From the NCBI GenBank assembly GCA_013265495.1, contig MU058781.1:9715009-9779008 (forward strand): a stretch of DNA of 64,000 bases, written 5' to 3'. The translations under genes and the position numbers were made by a program. This document shows positions 40,504 to 53,677 of the stretch, piece after piece. This DNA comes from Vicugna vicugna. Taxonomy: Eukaryota. The notes under the pieces were generated by a model. The model worked only from the letters and a program-made list of their open reading frames with translations. It was not told the origin of the DNA and made no database searches. How positions within the stretch are numbered: position 1 is the stretch's first letter; each line of letters starts with the position of its first letter.

Positions 40504-40879
40504 CTGACCATTTCTGAAAAAACGCAAAGTACTCTATAGTTGTAATATGTCTCCCTCCTGAGAAAATTCGCTTCAGATGTTTTCTTTTGTCCTAGTTGTC
40601 TTAGTTTTTACTATGTGCCTTTACTAAGAAATATAGATTCAGTGGCTGAATCAGAGATAGTCATGAAGGGGGCTCACCTTTGGGAGAATTCTCCTTAATA
40701 GCATTGATTTCAGTTGAGCAGAGGAAAATGAAGCCAAACATGCTCTTTCTTTCGGTGGGTTTGACTTCATAGCCTACAAAGAGACAGAAGTTAGAAATGG
40801 AAGGTAAAGCAGAGACAGAAGTGCTGAATCATAAACATGGTGCAGTGGTGGCGCTGGGAATCATGATGCCCCCTATGCT

Positions 40880-41360
40880 AAAAGTGGCCTCTTTGCCCTC
40901 TGATTCTTTCTCTAAGCCTCCCCTGCATTGATCTGTGCTACTAACTTCCAGTTACATTAAGCCAGTGGAAGGCACTGGTAAAGTGATTTGACTACAGGAA
41001 AAAGGCAGAAAACCAGGGCATTTCCCCAACTCTTATCTCCACTGATGTCTCGGGCAGAGACTGTATTACCTTCCTGATTCCGATTCTGCCTGAAAGGGTC
41101 TCCTTTGAAAGTCCCAGCTCCCATGAGGCAGGTTCCATTTTTGCCTCAGGTAGCCATGCTTTGTGGATTCTAGTAGCACCATTCTCCCCCTTTGTTCCTC
41201 CCGTCCTCAGGGTAATAGCAGATTATTGCTCTTTTTAATGAGCTCTGCCATCCCCTGTAGGGCTATCACCTCTTTTGTCATTTGTAGAACCAATTCCTCT
41301 ATTAAATTCCTTCTACTTGAAATACCTAGAGTAATTTCTGTTTTCCAGGCTGGACCACAA
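40880..41360 (+). mobile_element. Old ERVL-type LTR remnant (LTR16/33-like)
   Basis: 3' end accaattcctctattaaattcc...gaaatacctagagtaatttctgtttt. Confidence 0.5.
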
Positions 41361-43764
41361 TTTCATCCTTTTCAAAGGAGATGAATTCTAGAATTGGTGT
41401 TAAGATACCATAACCCTAACAAATTGCGAGTAGCTTTCTGTTTCCAATCTTTGATGGGCATTGCGCTGATAGTTTTTGGAGTTTCTTTCCTTTCCCTTAG
41501 AGCTTTCCACTATATCCTTCATTTAAAATACGTTGAGCGTATTTCTAATTCTTGCAACCTGAAAGAGTCCAGCATAACTCAGGCAATGACCTATAGGGGA
41601 GTAGAACTCTTATCAAAAAGGATAGATTCTGATAGCAGTCTTCTTATCATTTACATGGATGTTTACTCCATTTAACCCTTTATAAGCTGGAACTCTTATA
41701 CTGGGCCCCACCAGGAATGGCATACATACTCTGATTGGAATATGAATCTATTTCAGAGCTACTGTAACATTTAAAGTTATCCACCCCACCTCAGTTACTC
41801 AAACAGTGGAGGTGGTCAGGGTTATTTTTTAATTATCCACATTCCTATTAGACCTCAGAGTTAATCTTATTGCAACAGAACCGTAGAAAAATCTTAAATA
41901 GTCTGATATATTGGGATAGAGTACAGGCAACTTGGGGCCAAGGCAGTTAAAATTTTTTAAACGCCCCATAGATGATTCTGATAACACATTCAGTGCTGAG
42001 AAACACTAGTATAGATTGGTAGAATGATACAATGTCTTTACATTTTTTTCCCAGTAATCATCTTGGCTGTGTGGTAGATTTTTGTGCTCTAAGTTGACAT
42101 ATGATATTAAAAGCACATTTGGAAAAATAAATATGATTTGGCATTATTTCAAATTGAATCCACAGAAAAGAATTTAGCATGTTCTGGAGGATATCAGTGG
42201 CTAGAGCAAAAAACTCAACTCTCAGACCAAAGCTGAGCCAAGAGGAAGATGGTAGTGTCACAGTCCCTGGCTGTCACATGTCAGAGCCATTAGTCCTGAG
42301 TTTTCCAGGCAGTTGCAGTGGTGCCACTTAGAAAAACATCCTCATTAAATCAAACGATAGGAGATTCCACATGATAGTCTGGAGTATTGCTCGCTGACAG
42401 ATTTTAAGCAATGCTTCTTATAGCACAACTCTGCTGGGAGGAGCTGGGACAACCCAAGCCATTTGCTGAACATCATGGTGAGTGGACTGACCAAAATCCA
42501 GTTGAACAGAAGGACTACTTTAGAGGCAGCCGAAGCTGCCTGGTGGGAAGAAGACTGATGAGTAAGAGGAACTAACAAATCTTCCTAGTTATGGGGTGGA
42601 CAAGAGGTAGAGTGCTGATTTACTGGAAAAGAACCTTGAATCTGACTCTTCATGCTTGCCGGGATGGAAGGGGGACTACCTTGGGCTAATGTGCTCTCAG
42701 TTTCGGGGATGGCAAACCCAGAGTAGGGTCACAGTGGGAGTTCTGGATAGAATTTTACTTACATAGCTGACCTGAATAGTTCTTGGAAATGGCACATTCT
42801 AAGGGAATAAGAGAATCAAGAAATGCAAGGCACAGGAACTTTCCCCTATTTGCATCACCCTGTGGTAATGGCTTTGGGGTGGGTTTTCACATCAATCCGG
42901 GCTAGTGGCATCTCTGGGGGAAAAGGCACTGCCAGGGGATGGTGGAACTGGAGCTCCCAAATGGGCAGAAGAGGGAACAGCACCAGGAATATGAGCCGAG
43001 TGTTTTCACAAAGACTCTGGGACCACCTCTTTTCTTAAGGTGGTCAGTTTTGTTTATGTCCTTATAATTTTTCAACTGATGCTTCTTTCTTACAAAAGAA
43101 GAAATGCCAAATCATGAAGCATGTCTGTATTTTACTCAAATGATAACTTATTCAAATGATCTGTGTAATGTTACTCATTTCCATATTAATGGAATCACGG
43201 TGATTAAATAGATAATATTTTATTGATTTATTTGGAATAGTTATTTGTGCAGTTATTTTACTAATATTTTCTATTTATGGTGTAAGGCTAGTAAGATAAA
43301 TCATTGTAGGTTGATGAGGAAAATAAGGGAAAGACTGTAGTTTTTTTTCCTTGAACTTTAATGCTTCCAGTGAAAGGACCTCAAGGCATATGCTTCTTTG
43401 AGATAAAATACACTTTACATCACTGTCTTTCCCCTCACATCATGGGTCTCTGCCTTCACGCCATCGGATGTTGGCTCAGAGGCATGTCTTATCTCTTCCT
43501 AACATGCATCCTGCCATGTTATATTTCTTAAATGAATGGAAACCTTGTTTAAACAGAGTAGAAGTATAACGATCACCTCACCTGTTTAAAATGACTGCAT
43601 GAGTACGCTTTGGTCATTGTCATTAAAAATGTATTTACTTGGCAAGTTCTAGTGCTGTATGAATTACTCTATAAGAATTCCCTACAATAGTTATTAGGAG
43701 ATGGAAATATAGTTAAGTGACTACTTAGGCATGTATTTTAAAATTAAAGATGGCAGTTTAATAA

Positions 43765-43985
43765 AACGAAACAGGAATAAATTTTGGAGTTGGAGCTTAA
43801 TTCTGATTCTAGGTTTTCCATTTACTTTTTGTGTGACCTTGGCCAAGACATATGACCTTGTTAAGACCTCAGATGCTTCATCTATAAAATGAGAATAAAA
43901 TCCATTTCATTAAGTTACATTGAGAAAGAGATGCTTTATAAAAACACCTGGTGGAATACTTGGCACAGAGTAGAAAGATAAGCAT
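43765..43985 (+). mobile_element. MIR-family SINE
   Basis: gtgtgaccttggccaag...cctcagatgcttcatctataaaatgagaataa. Confidence 0.8.
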
Positions 43986-44704
43986 AATTTTTTGCTTCTT
44001 TTAGCATTTTCATTTTCATATTTTTAATTCTTCTACTTGAGAACTCACTGGTAGTGGTTCATATTTTATTATATAGATGTTTAAAAGCTGATTTTGTATG
44101 TCTTCCAAGAGTGAGTCTCATTTCTCTTTTCTTAAGATAACAGATAAGAGAAACTTGAGTGAGGGTACAACTGATAGGTCAGGCTAAGGCAACTCTGGTG
44201 ATTTTCTCTTGCCTTTTTGCTCATTTAGCATCATTTTTTTTTTCATTTTAACTTTAAAACATCCAAGTGTCAAGCAAAACAAGCATTTTCTAGTTCCACA
44301 GAAAACAGTTCAAATTTTACATTCTAGAAAGGACTAAATCCGTGGCAATATTCTGCATACTTGCAAAAACAGCTTGGCAAGTTCACTTTAAAGAGAAAGG
44401 AACATAAGTAATGGGCATTAAAAAAAAAAAAACCCTCCAAAAAACGCTTACAGGCACGAATTCAAGCTGCTTGACTTTCCCAGAATGACTAGTTTACAGT
44501 TTTAAAGGACCCACATAAAGAGCCCTTTCTATAGAGGAGAATGGCATGATGACATCACTGCGGCTGGCAAGGTCAGCTGGGACGCTGGCTAGGTAACAGT
44601 CAACGTGTTGCTTGGCTTCGTTTCCTTCTAAACAAGGGCATGTTCCACATTTTGGACAGAATACCTATCATTTCAGAGATGGAGAAAGAAACCAGGTTTA
44701 GAAG

Positions 44705-44905
44705 CAGTGCGGAGTAGTAAAAGGATTTGAGTTTTGGAGTCAGATATACTCAGCTGAGGTCATATGACAGCTGGACACATTTGAGGAAGTCATTTATCCA
44801 TTAGTACTTAAGCATCTGAAAAATGGGGACAGTGTCATCCAGTCTGCTGGCTGGTGGTGAGAATTTGAATGAGGTGGCTGGCATATATTAGACCCTCAAT
44901 CAGAG
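44705..44905 (+). mobile_element. MIR-family SINE
   Basis: ttttggagtcagat...catctgaaaaatggggacagt. Confidence 0.6.
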
Positions 44906-46349
44906 TCACTGTTTTTATTTTTTTATTTTTATTTTTTTTACTAGTAATATTCTTATTTATAATTTAATGGTTAAAACAAGCTAATCCTAAGAGGCCAAGA
45001 AGATTTGGAAACCTCAGAGTTCTCGTGAAGAAACCTTTTAAGAACTTATGTAAGATAGTATCATAAACACATGGAGTAGATTTCCCACCCGAACACAGTG
45101 TGGCCTCAAGATTAAGATGAAAATTATTGACTTTTACCTTTCCTAGAAAGTTTGACAGGAGTTCAACACATATGACCTCTCACAAACCTAAGTTTGCCAA
45201 CACCCAGGAGCCAGGAAATGTTAGATGAAGAAATTACCTGCATCCAAGCCTTCAGAATTCACCTGATTTAACGTTCAGGGTTATACATACAGCTGACCTA
45301 TTGTGAGACTGACCATGGAGACATCTTAATTTTTTCCCCCTTCTTTCCTCGATTTACATTTCTGGTGGCGCTTCTTAGAGATTAAATCACTAGCTCAACC
45401 AAAGTATTTCCTCCAGCCTTACTTACTCTCCAGCTCATTCCCAAAGTTATGCTACAGTTGGATGAGGTTCAGTTGCTTCTGAGAGACTGTTCTTTGACAT
45501 TTGGATTCCATTCACATGACTTTATCCTTCATAACTCATAGATGATCATTAATAATAAATACTGTCATAAGCATGTTATGTGAAAAGTAATATTTAAGAG
45601 GCTGAACTAAGGCAAGACCTATTAAGCTATGGTAAGACCTCAGAGTTGCAAGGAATCTTATTGCTTCTCTGAATTATGCTCAATCTCAATCTTTCTGATG
45701 AGGCTTCTCACCTTAATGCAGTTGTATTATAGAATTAGAGATTTGGAAAAGGTCACAATTGAGAGTTCATGAATCCAACTTCCTATTTTTACTGGTAAGA
45801 TAACTGACAAAAAAATGTTTTCTTCAATGTTTTTGTTTTCCATGATGTATCTTCATACTTGAGACCAAGTCCAAATTTAGGAATAGGAAACTAAGTTGCG
45901 TATGTGCCCATTGAAGATTGGAGAAGAGAGAAAACATTTTGGATTTCAACAAATTGAGATTCACCTCACACTTTTTCTAGTTCTATGACCCAGGTACTTC
46001 ACAAAGCCTCAGTACCTTTAATCTTATAAATGAAAGAATGTTACCATGTAGGAATGTTGTTAAGTATTGTAGTAAACATGCAGAGTACCTAAAACAAACC
46101 TAAAATATAGTATTTCCCCAATGAATGGTAATTCTGAACTCTCATATTAACCAAAAATATATCGTGGATCTGAATCACCATAAGCCACAAGAACTACGCT
46201 CTTTGAGAGACAGAAAATGATAGATAGCTCTAAACGCCCTACTGCTAGTCCAGAGTTATAGACCAACCTTAGCAAATTTGAATGATTAAAAGTCTTGGTT
46301 TTCTCAGTGTAACAAGATGACATTAGATATCACCAAACAGCCCAGGTCA

Positions 46350-46585
46350 TGAGATAGTAGAATATGGTGCAGACTCCTATGAGCCCTGGGGCTCGGAGAC
46401 CTAGGTTTGCATCCAGGAGCTTCTGCTTCCTATTTATGTGATCTTGAAAAAATCATTTAATCACTCAGCTTCAGTTTCCACATCTGCAAAATGGTGATGA
46501 CAGTAATATCTCTCAGGGTCGTTGTGAAGATTAAGTGAAGCAACTCATACAAAATGCTTAGTCCAATGCTGGACACCCACTAGGA

Positions 46586-46588
<3 letters not shown>
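46350..46588 (+). mobile_element. MIR-family SINE
   Basis: cttcagtttccacatctgcaaaatggtgatga...cagggtcgttgtgaagattaagtga. Confidence 0.8.

Positions 46589-46589
<1 letters not shown>

Positions 46590-46618
<29 letters not shown>
46590..46618. repeat. (TG)n microsatellite
   Basis: Read directly. Confidence 0.95.
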
Positions 46619-46619
<1 letters not shown>

Positions 46620-46622
<3 letters not shown>

Positions 46623-47362
46623 ATGAATTGTGGCAAAGTATATATAACTTAAAATTTACCATTTTAATTATTTTTAAGTACACAGTTCAGTGGTATTAAA
46701 TACATTGACAGTGTTGTGCAACCAGCAATACCATTTATCTCCAGAGCTCTTTTCATGTTGCAGAACTGAAACTCTGTACCCCTTGACAATAACTCCTCAG
46801 CCCCCTGGCCCCTGGCCCCTGGAAACCATCATTGCACTTTATCTCTCAATGAATTTGAATTAGCTACTTTACCTATCTCATGTAAGTGGAATCATACGGT
46901 ATTTGTCCTTTTTGGATTGCCTTATTCCACTTAGCATAATGTTTTCAAGGTCCATCTGTATCCTAGCTTGTGTCAGAATTTCTTTCTCTTTTAGGTTGAA
47001 TAGTATTCCATTCTGTGTATATGTCCCATTTAGTTTATCCATTCGTCTGTTGACGGACACTTGGGTTGTTTCCACCTTATGGCTATTGTGAATAATGCTG
47101 CTATGAACAAGAGAATATGAATATCTTTGAGATCCTGCTTTCAGTTCTTTGATTTATATCCAGAAATGGTGCTGGATAATGTGGTAATTCTGTTTTTAAT
47201 TTTTTGTGGAACTGCCATGCTTGTTTTTCTTAGTGTCTGCACCACTTTACATTTGCACCAACAGTGCATAAGATTTCCTAATTTCTTCACATCCTCCAAC
47301 ACACTTGTTATTTTCTGTGTTTTTTAAAAAATTATAGCCATCCTAATGGGAGTGTGGTGGGT
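46620..47362 (-). mobile_element. L1MB-like 3' fragment including the decayed ORF2 C-terminus
   Basis: aaaatttaccattttaa...cacagttcagtggtattaa; minus-strand ORF 46878-47075 contains MDLENIMLSGIRQSKKDKYRMIPL. Confidence 0.9.
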
Positions 47363-48339
47363 AAATACGTATTTTTTAAAATGCCAGCTTCATATTATTA
47401 CGTGCGTGATTGTCTTTTTGAACTATGGCTTAAGGTCCCCACCGCTCAACAATCCTAGGCAGAGATGAATCCTGGAGTAGTAGATAAATTCAGTATTAGG
47501 ACTGGAGTGAGAGGCTTGTTCGACAATGGGTATGTCTGTGGAGTGGAGGAGGCTAAAAGAATCTAAAGCATGGGGAAAATGAGGAAGGACTATGGTCATA
47601 GGAGGAGATAAATCAACTTCTCCTGGCCACAGTAACCATTATTAAAAAAAAAAATTTGGGTTGTTGTAGGTCGTGACACTTTGAGCTTCAGCGAGGGGCA
47701 TCTGAATGGCCCACTCCTTGAGGTGGTGGTGTTGAGAAGTAGAGTTGAAATGAAGTTGACATGATGGGGATGATAAAGAGGTTACTTTGTGGTTTGCAGT
47801 GAAACCTGGCTGGAGACACTCAAGGCAGCAAGCCTGCTCTCCTGAAGCCCATGCTGTCCAACCTTGGGCTTGAGAGGCACCTCTGAGCCCCTACTTTCTC
47901 TGTGGTCAGGGACACCAAGCAGGGCCCCAGGAGGGTCAGTGTGAGTGGTGGTAGGAGACCTCCAGTGGTAGGAGCAGCCACTAGACAAAGGGCGACTAGC
48001 CTTCATACTGCGCTGGGCAAGTTATGGGCTTGGAGACCTCACAGACTGAGTGTTTAAAGTGTGGTTGTACAGTAGATCGAAACCCAGGGAACGTGTGCAA
48101 GGTAGTTATATATGTTAATACCCTCCACGTATGTCGATTCGCAGAGCAGCTCAGGTCTCAGGAGTGTTGCAGCTCGGAATGTGGTGGATCAGCGTTTCTT
48201 TTAATTTGCTGTGACCACTGTTCACGTCCAGACAGACAGCAGAGAGCAACAAGCACATTTATGTGCTGGGCAGAAACTCAAGTCCATGAAGGGCACTGCA
48301 GCATGAAAAGAGAAGAGCGATTACTGTTGAAATCTTAAA

Positions 48340-49265
48340 AAGTGGGGAAAAAGCCAGAGAGTGTGAGGTCTGGTAAGAAATGGATAAGAATATTTTAAAT
48401 AATTGTCATTGATATCTCAAGTTACCGACTGGTGAGGAAGGTGAAGATCTGAGACACGTGGCTGGTTTTGCATCGTTGGAAGGGGGTTGATGACACGGCA
48501 TGAGCAGTTTCAGTGCAGGAGTGGGGACAAGTCAGACTACTGTGAGTTGAGGAATAAAGAGGAGTAAGAATGCAGTGTCAGATAGCATGGAGAAAGTTTC
48601 CAGCAGAGTTTCCAGAGAGGAGGAGGAGGAGTGGAAAGAATACAAAAATCTAGTGATAGAACTTACGTGAAGGTGGAAAAGATCTAAATCTGCACTGTTC
48701 TCTATAGTCGTCTTTTGCCATTTGACATAAGGCTAATGCCGCTGAGGAACTGAGTTTTTAATTTTATTTAATTTTAATTAATTTAAGCAACTACTCGTGG
48801 CTAGGGACAACCACAGAAGACAGCAGAGAGCATGGAATCTATAGAAAGAGATTTCATTGAAGGGTATTGATGGAGGTTTTTGTTTGTTGTTTTTAAATGA
48901 TTTTCAAAATGATAAGCATTAAGCAGCAAAAAAGGAGCTTTTAAAGTTGAAGGCCAGGAGCAGGGAAGTAATCAGTCAAGTCTGGGAGAGATGTGGTGAG
49001 ATTGGTGAGACCTGAAGGAGAGAAGGATGCTTTCAGAATACATGGGACCGTGATTCTACAGGAAGAGTGAGGGAGAGTCGTGGGTTTGGATACTGTTAGG
49101 TGTGTAGGCTGGTGGCAGGAAGTGGAGTCGGTTTCCAGCTGACAGATTCTGTTTTCTCTGCAGGATGGGAGTTGAGGTCATCTGCTGTGAGGGAGGGGAA
49201 GTAAGAGGTTTCAAGAGTTGAGAAGATTTAAAACATCTTTGTGGAGAGGACAGGAAGCTGATGAG
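48340..49265 (-). mobile_element. Decayed L2 fragments, interrupted by a MER3-like piece at ~48685-48830
   Basis: gagcagtttcagtgcaggagtgggga; gggagttgaggtcatctgctgtgag; MER3 motif ttaatttaagcaactactcgtggctag. Confidence 0.55.
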
Positions 49266-49409
49266 GGAAACATATGAAGTTTGTTGAGCAATTCTTATTT
49301 TTCAGGTGGGGAGACTGAGTCATAGGGAGGTCATGTAAGTTGCTCAACATCTCTTAAGTCCAGGGGACAATGGAGCCTTGAATTTTTCTAACTCTATGGC
49401 CATGGTTCT

Positions 49410-50226
49410 CTTTTTTTTTTTTTTAAACTGAAGTGTAGTCAGTTTATAATGTGTTCAATTTCTGGTGTACAGCATAGTGTTTCAGTCATACGTATACACA
49501 CATGTATCTGTTTTCAGATTCTTTTTCATTACAGGTTACCACAAGGTATTGAATATAGTTCCATGTGCTATAGAGAAGAAATTTATTTCTTATCTATTTT
49601 ATATATAGTAGTTAATGTTTGCAAATCTCAAACTCCCAATTTATCCCTTCCCTCCCCTCCCCCTTCCAGTAATCATAACTGTGTTTACTATGTCTGTGAG
49701 TTTGTTTCTGTTTTATACATAAGTTCATTAGCGTCTTCTTTTTTCTTTCTTTTCTTTTTTCAGATTCCACATATGAGTGATATCATATGGTATTTTTCTT
49801 TCTCTTTCTGGCTTACTTCACTTAGAATGACAATCTCCAGGTCCAACCATGTTGTTGCAAATGGCATTATTTTATTATTTTTATGGCTGAGTAGTATTCC
49901 ATTATATAATATTCCATTAATATACCACAACTTCTTTATCCAGTCATCTGCTGATAGACATTTAAGTTGTTTCCATGTCTTGGCTGTCATAAACAGTGCT
50001 GCTGTGAACATTGGGGTCCATGTGTCTTTTCGAATTAGAGTTCCCTCTGGATATATGTCCAGGAGTGGGATTGCTGGATCATGTGTTAAGTCTCTTTTTG
50101 AGGAAGGAGTTTTTTTGAATCTCCATACTGTTTTTCATAGTGACTGCACCAAACTATATACCTACCGAGTGTAGGAGGGTTCCCTTTCTCCACACCCTGT
50201 CCAGCATTTAGCATTTGTGGACACCT
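49410..50226 (-). mobile_element. Intermediate-age lineage-specific L1 3' fragment inserted into a MIR (~49295-49409, resuming at 50237)
   Basis: Poly-T at 49411; minus-strand ORF 49760-50011 ends [20 protein letters not shown]; degenerate TSD CCATGGTTCT / CCACAGTTCT. Confidence 0.92.
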
Positions 50227-52333
50227 CCACAGTTCTTAGCACTGCCAGTAAGCTAACTGGCCTTTGCCAACCTCCTTATCTGTGCCTCTTATGACACTTT
50301 TCACCTCCATCTTTTACATGTATAGTTATTCATGTAAAGGCTCTATTTCTCTCAGTAAATTCCAGGTGTGCAGGATCTATCATCTAATTCATCCTTGTAT
50401 CCCGTGGTGCCCAGCCCACTCCATGCACACAAAGGAGGCTCAGGAAATATTTATTAAGCAGTGGACGGATGAATATAGAAAGGGAAGATGCATGAGGCAG
50501 AGGAAAAGCCCCTTTCTCATCCCTGGATTCACCCTCATCAGTCATATGCATGATTAACTCCATTTCTACTTGGCCTTTCTGGCTTAGACATAGCTGAAGC
50601 CTCTCCCTATTATAAGAATGGTTTGGAGAGGCATAATTTAAAATTGGGTGAAGTGATGCAGTGTGAAAAAGAAGGGCTGTTATTGTTGAGGGTTTTTTTT
50701 CTTTTTAAAAAGTGTCTTATTTTGTACTTTTTGGGAGTCCAGACATGGCTGGAAAGCTGACACTTGGGAGGTTCCCTTTTCCTCAATATGACTGACATCA
50801 CAGAGTTCACTCCCTTATCTTTCATTCTCAAGGATGTAAACAAACATTGAGTTTGGGCAGAGCCCTGACCTTGTGGGTGACTAAGGCCCCCTGGAGTTAA
50901 AATCTAACTAAGATTTTCCCCCCGGGACTCAAATTCTATCATTTTGTGCTGTATTTACCAATTATGTTAGACTTTATCTTAGCAAATATTTAATTTGTTG
51001 AGAGAAAACATGTCATGAATGCATTATTCATAAGTTTCCATATTTCCCAAAGATTCTGGCAAGTGGCAGAGATGGACCTTCAGGGATCCTGTTAATACAG
51101 TTGAAACAAAGCCAAGTGCCAACCTGAGTGGATTCAGAGGGGCAGAGATAGGTGTTGTGCAGAGGCTACAGAAATACACTGAATGATGGACATGATATGG
51201 CTTTTCCTTTTCAATGGTTGGCTTAGCTCTGAAGTCAGATGGTGTTTTTTGTTTTTTGTTTTTTTTTTTTTTAAAAAATAGGCATCTGAGAATCAAGAAA
51301 ATATAGCCTACTCACTGAAAATATGGGAAGCGCATCTTTTCTTTTCCAATTCCATTCTCCTCTGTCCAATTAAATATGCATGTAGCTGCCGAGGGATAAA
51401 TCTAAGGATTGACTGAAATTTTGCATCACCTAATTTTTGTGCTAATGTAGAAGCTTATGAACTGAAACACCTCTGAGAGAATACAGTACCTCTTGTCGTT
51501 GATGGTTTTGAGACTACCGAAATGCATTGTATTTTAGAAAACCAAAATAGGCTGTTTAGAGAAGAGTTTTTTTTTTTAATTGATAAGCACCCTTAAAACC
51601 TCGTTATTTGTACTGAGAGGTGAAATCTGACCATAGAGGCTGTTCTCTTGATTTCCCAAGTGACCTCATAAAGAGTTTGGGCTTTCTCTAATTTCAAAAT
51701 CCAAAGAAAATAAATTTTATCCAGATGTTGAACTTGGAGATTCGTGTTACATTACAAACAAAACTGAATATTTGTTTTTGGAAAATCTTACTACTGTATA
51801 TAATTGGAAGTAAAGGTTATATGTGTTTCTTCATTCTTGTCACAGCTTCTAGTTTTTTTACCCTCTGAATGCCACTCTCCCACTTCTGAGTCTCAGGCAC
51901 TTCTAGGTTTGTTGACAATGCCCATGATTAAAATGGTATTTTCATATTTCAGTGTAGTTGGGGCTCCTTAAAGCAGAGGGTTGTAAGTGCAAAAAAAAAA
52001 AAAAGATATGCAGTTCCCTAATGGCTTATTACCATCACATTTGCAATTCAGATCAGCTCTAAATTGACTGAAATTTTTAAACACATAGCAGGCAGTTTAA
52101 ACTAATGATTGTCTGGAGGTTCACATCTGACATGAACTAAGCTTCTGTTCAAAACAAATTGCAAATAATTCCTCCCTTAGAGTCAAAATGTCACTTTTAA
52201 AACTCCGTGTTATTGCTAGATTTTTGTCAGTTACATATAAAAAAAATCTGCTTTTATAAGCGAGTGTTCTACCTTTGAAAGGACTGAGTGACACCATTTC
52301 CCTATTAAAACACACACACACATTCAAGACTGA

Positions 52334-52393
<60 letters not shown>
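52334..52393. repeat. Perfect (CTAT)15 tetranucleotide microsatellite (GATA class)
   Basis: Read directly. Confidence 0.97.
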
Positions 52394-52500
52394 GTGGCTC
52401 TACATCAGTTTCACTAGGAATCACCCCCCTTCTTCCCCCTCTTCCCCTTCAGAAATCCTAATTGTAAAGTAAAACACCCTTGGGGCAGTGGTAGGCCCGA

Positions 52501-52513
52501 GTTGCTTAGCAAC
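52501..52513. promoter_or_regulatory. Candidate RFX X-box
   Basis: GTTGCT-T-AGCAAC, a perfect 6-bp inverted repeat fitting GTNRC-N-RGYAAC. Confidence 0.4.
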
Positions 52514-53657
52514 CCTCAGCAGGTAGCTCGGATTCAGCTGCAGGTCCTGATTCCTTCCTAAGAACCTTCTTATTACTGTTTGTGTTAATCTTTAACCAGG
52601 CTTTCAAACCACAGTCTTTCTCTCAGGTCCCTCGTTGTGAGATTGCAGAGGCCTCCTGAAATGTTGTCCCAGAGGTAATGGTATTAAGGGTGGCTATCGA
52701 ATGTTTGAAGAGTGATAAGCACTGAAAGGGATTAGAATTGCATGTTCCAACTAACCTTATTTTACATTCTTAAAAAATATCGAGAAAATTGCACCCTAAT
52801 AGGAACAATGGTTGGTGTTGACACACAGCGCTGAACCTGCTTTCTCTCCCAGCTTGTAAATATGATGAGGCCACCTCGCGATAATTGTTCTTTTTAAAAG
52901 GCCCACATTCTCCTACAAAGACCACGTAACAGAATTCATTTAGAATGTGTCGATAGCCTTAGACTGAGTCCCAGGTCTCTTGATTTAATTACAGCAGAGC
53001 TAGATATGGATGAGTTGACATAGAGACAGATTTAATAAAGGGTTGAGAGAATCTCCCTCTTTAGAGAAATGTTTCTGCCTCCATCACGGGAGGAGGGTCT
53101 TGACAATCTGAAAACTCTGTGGTTGGACTTAAATTTGCCCAATTCTTCAAGGATATATCAGTGTCCTGTGATGAGAGAAGCACAGGTACTTTTAAAAGTG
53201 TGGAGATTTCTTTTCTTCCTTTTCTCTGTGGTGAGGTTTGGATTAATTTCAGAGACCACCCACAGCTGTTATTAGCCAATAGGAGTAAGCTCATAAAATA
53301 CTTAAAAATAAGGTTCTTTCTGCATTCCCATTACACAACACAAGGCAGAGTGTCGACGACACAGCTTCTTTGAGGTCTTTTCACTCCTCCTCAGTAGATT
53401 AAAAAAATCATCACAGATGAGTCACTCCCAGGACCTTGATTCTGTGTCATTTAAAAGGAATTCAGGCCTTTTTCCAACATAACATTTGGCTACAGACCTG
53501 GTCCTATTATGCAACATAATATGTGCTTAATAATACTGATTAACTGACTTGGAAATTGGAGAAAGGTCAGAGCAAATGTTGGAGATAACATTTTCGTATT
53601 TTCCAGACCTTACTGAAGTTCATCTCTATCGATACAATCTTCAAATTTTGGATTGAA

Positions 53658-53677
53658 CACACACACACACACACACA
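53658..53677. repeat. (AC)n microsatellite
   Basis: Read directly. Confidence 0.9.

Noticed and set aside
49449..50174. 241-aa + strand ORF
   Set aside because: Antisense reading of an L1 3' fragment; a common source of spurious predicted proteins
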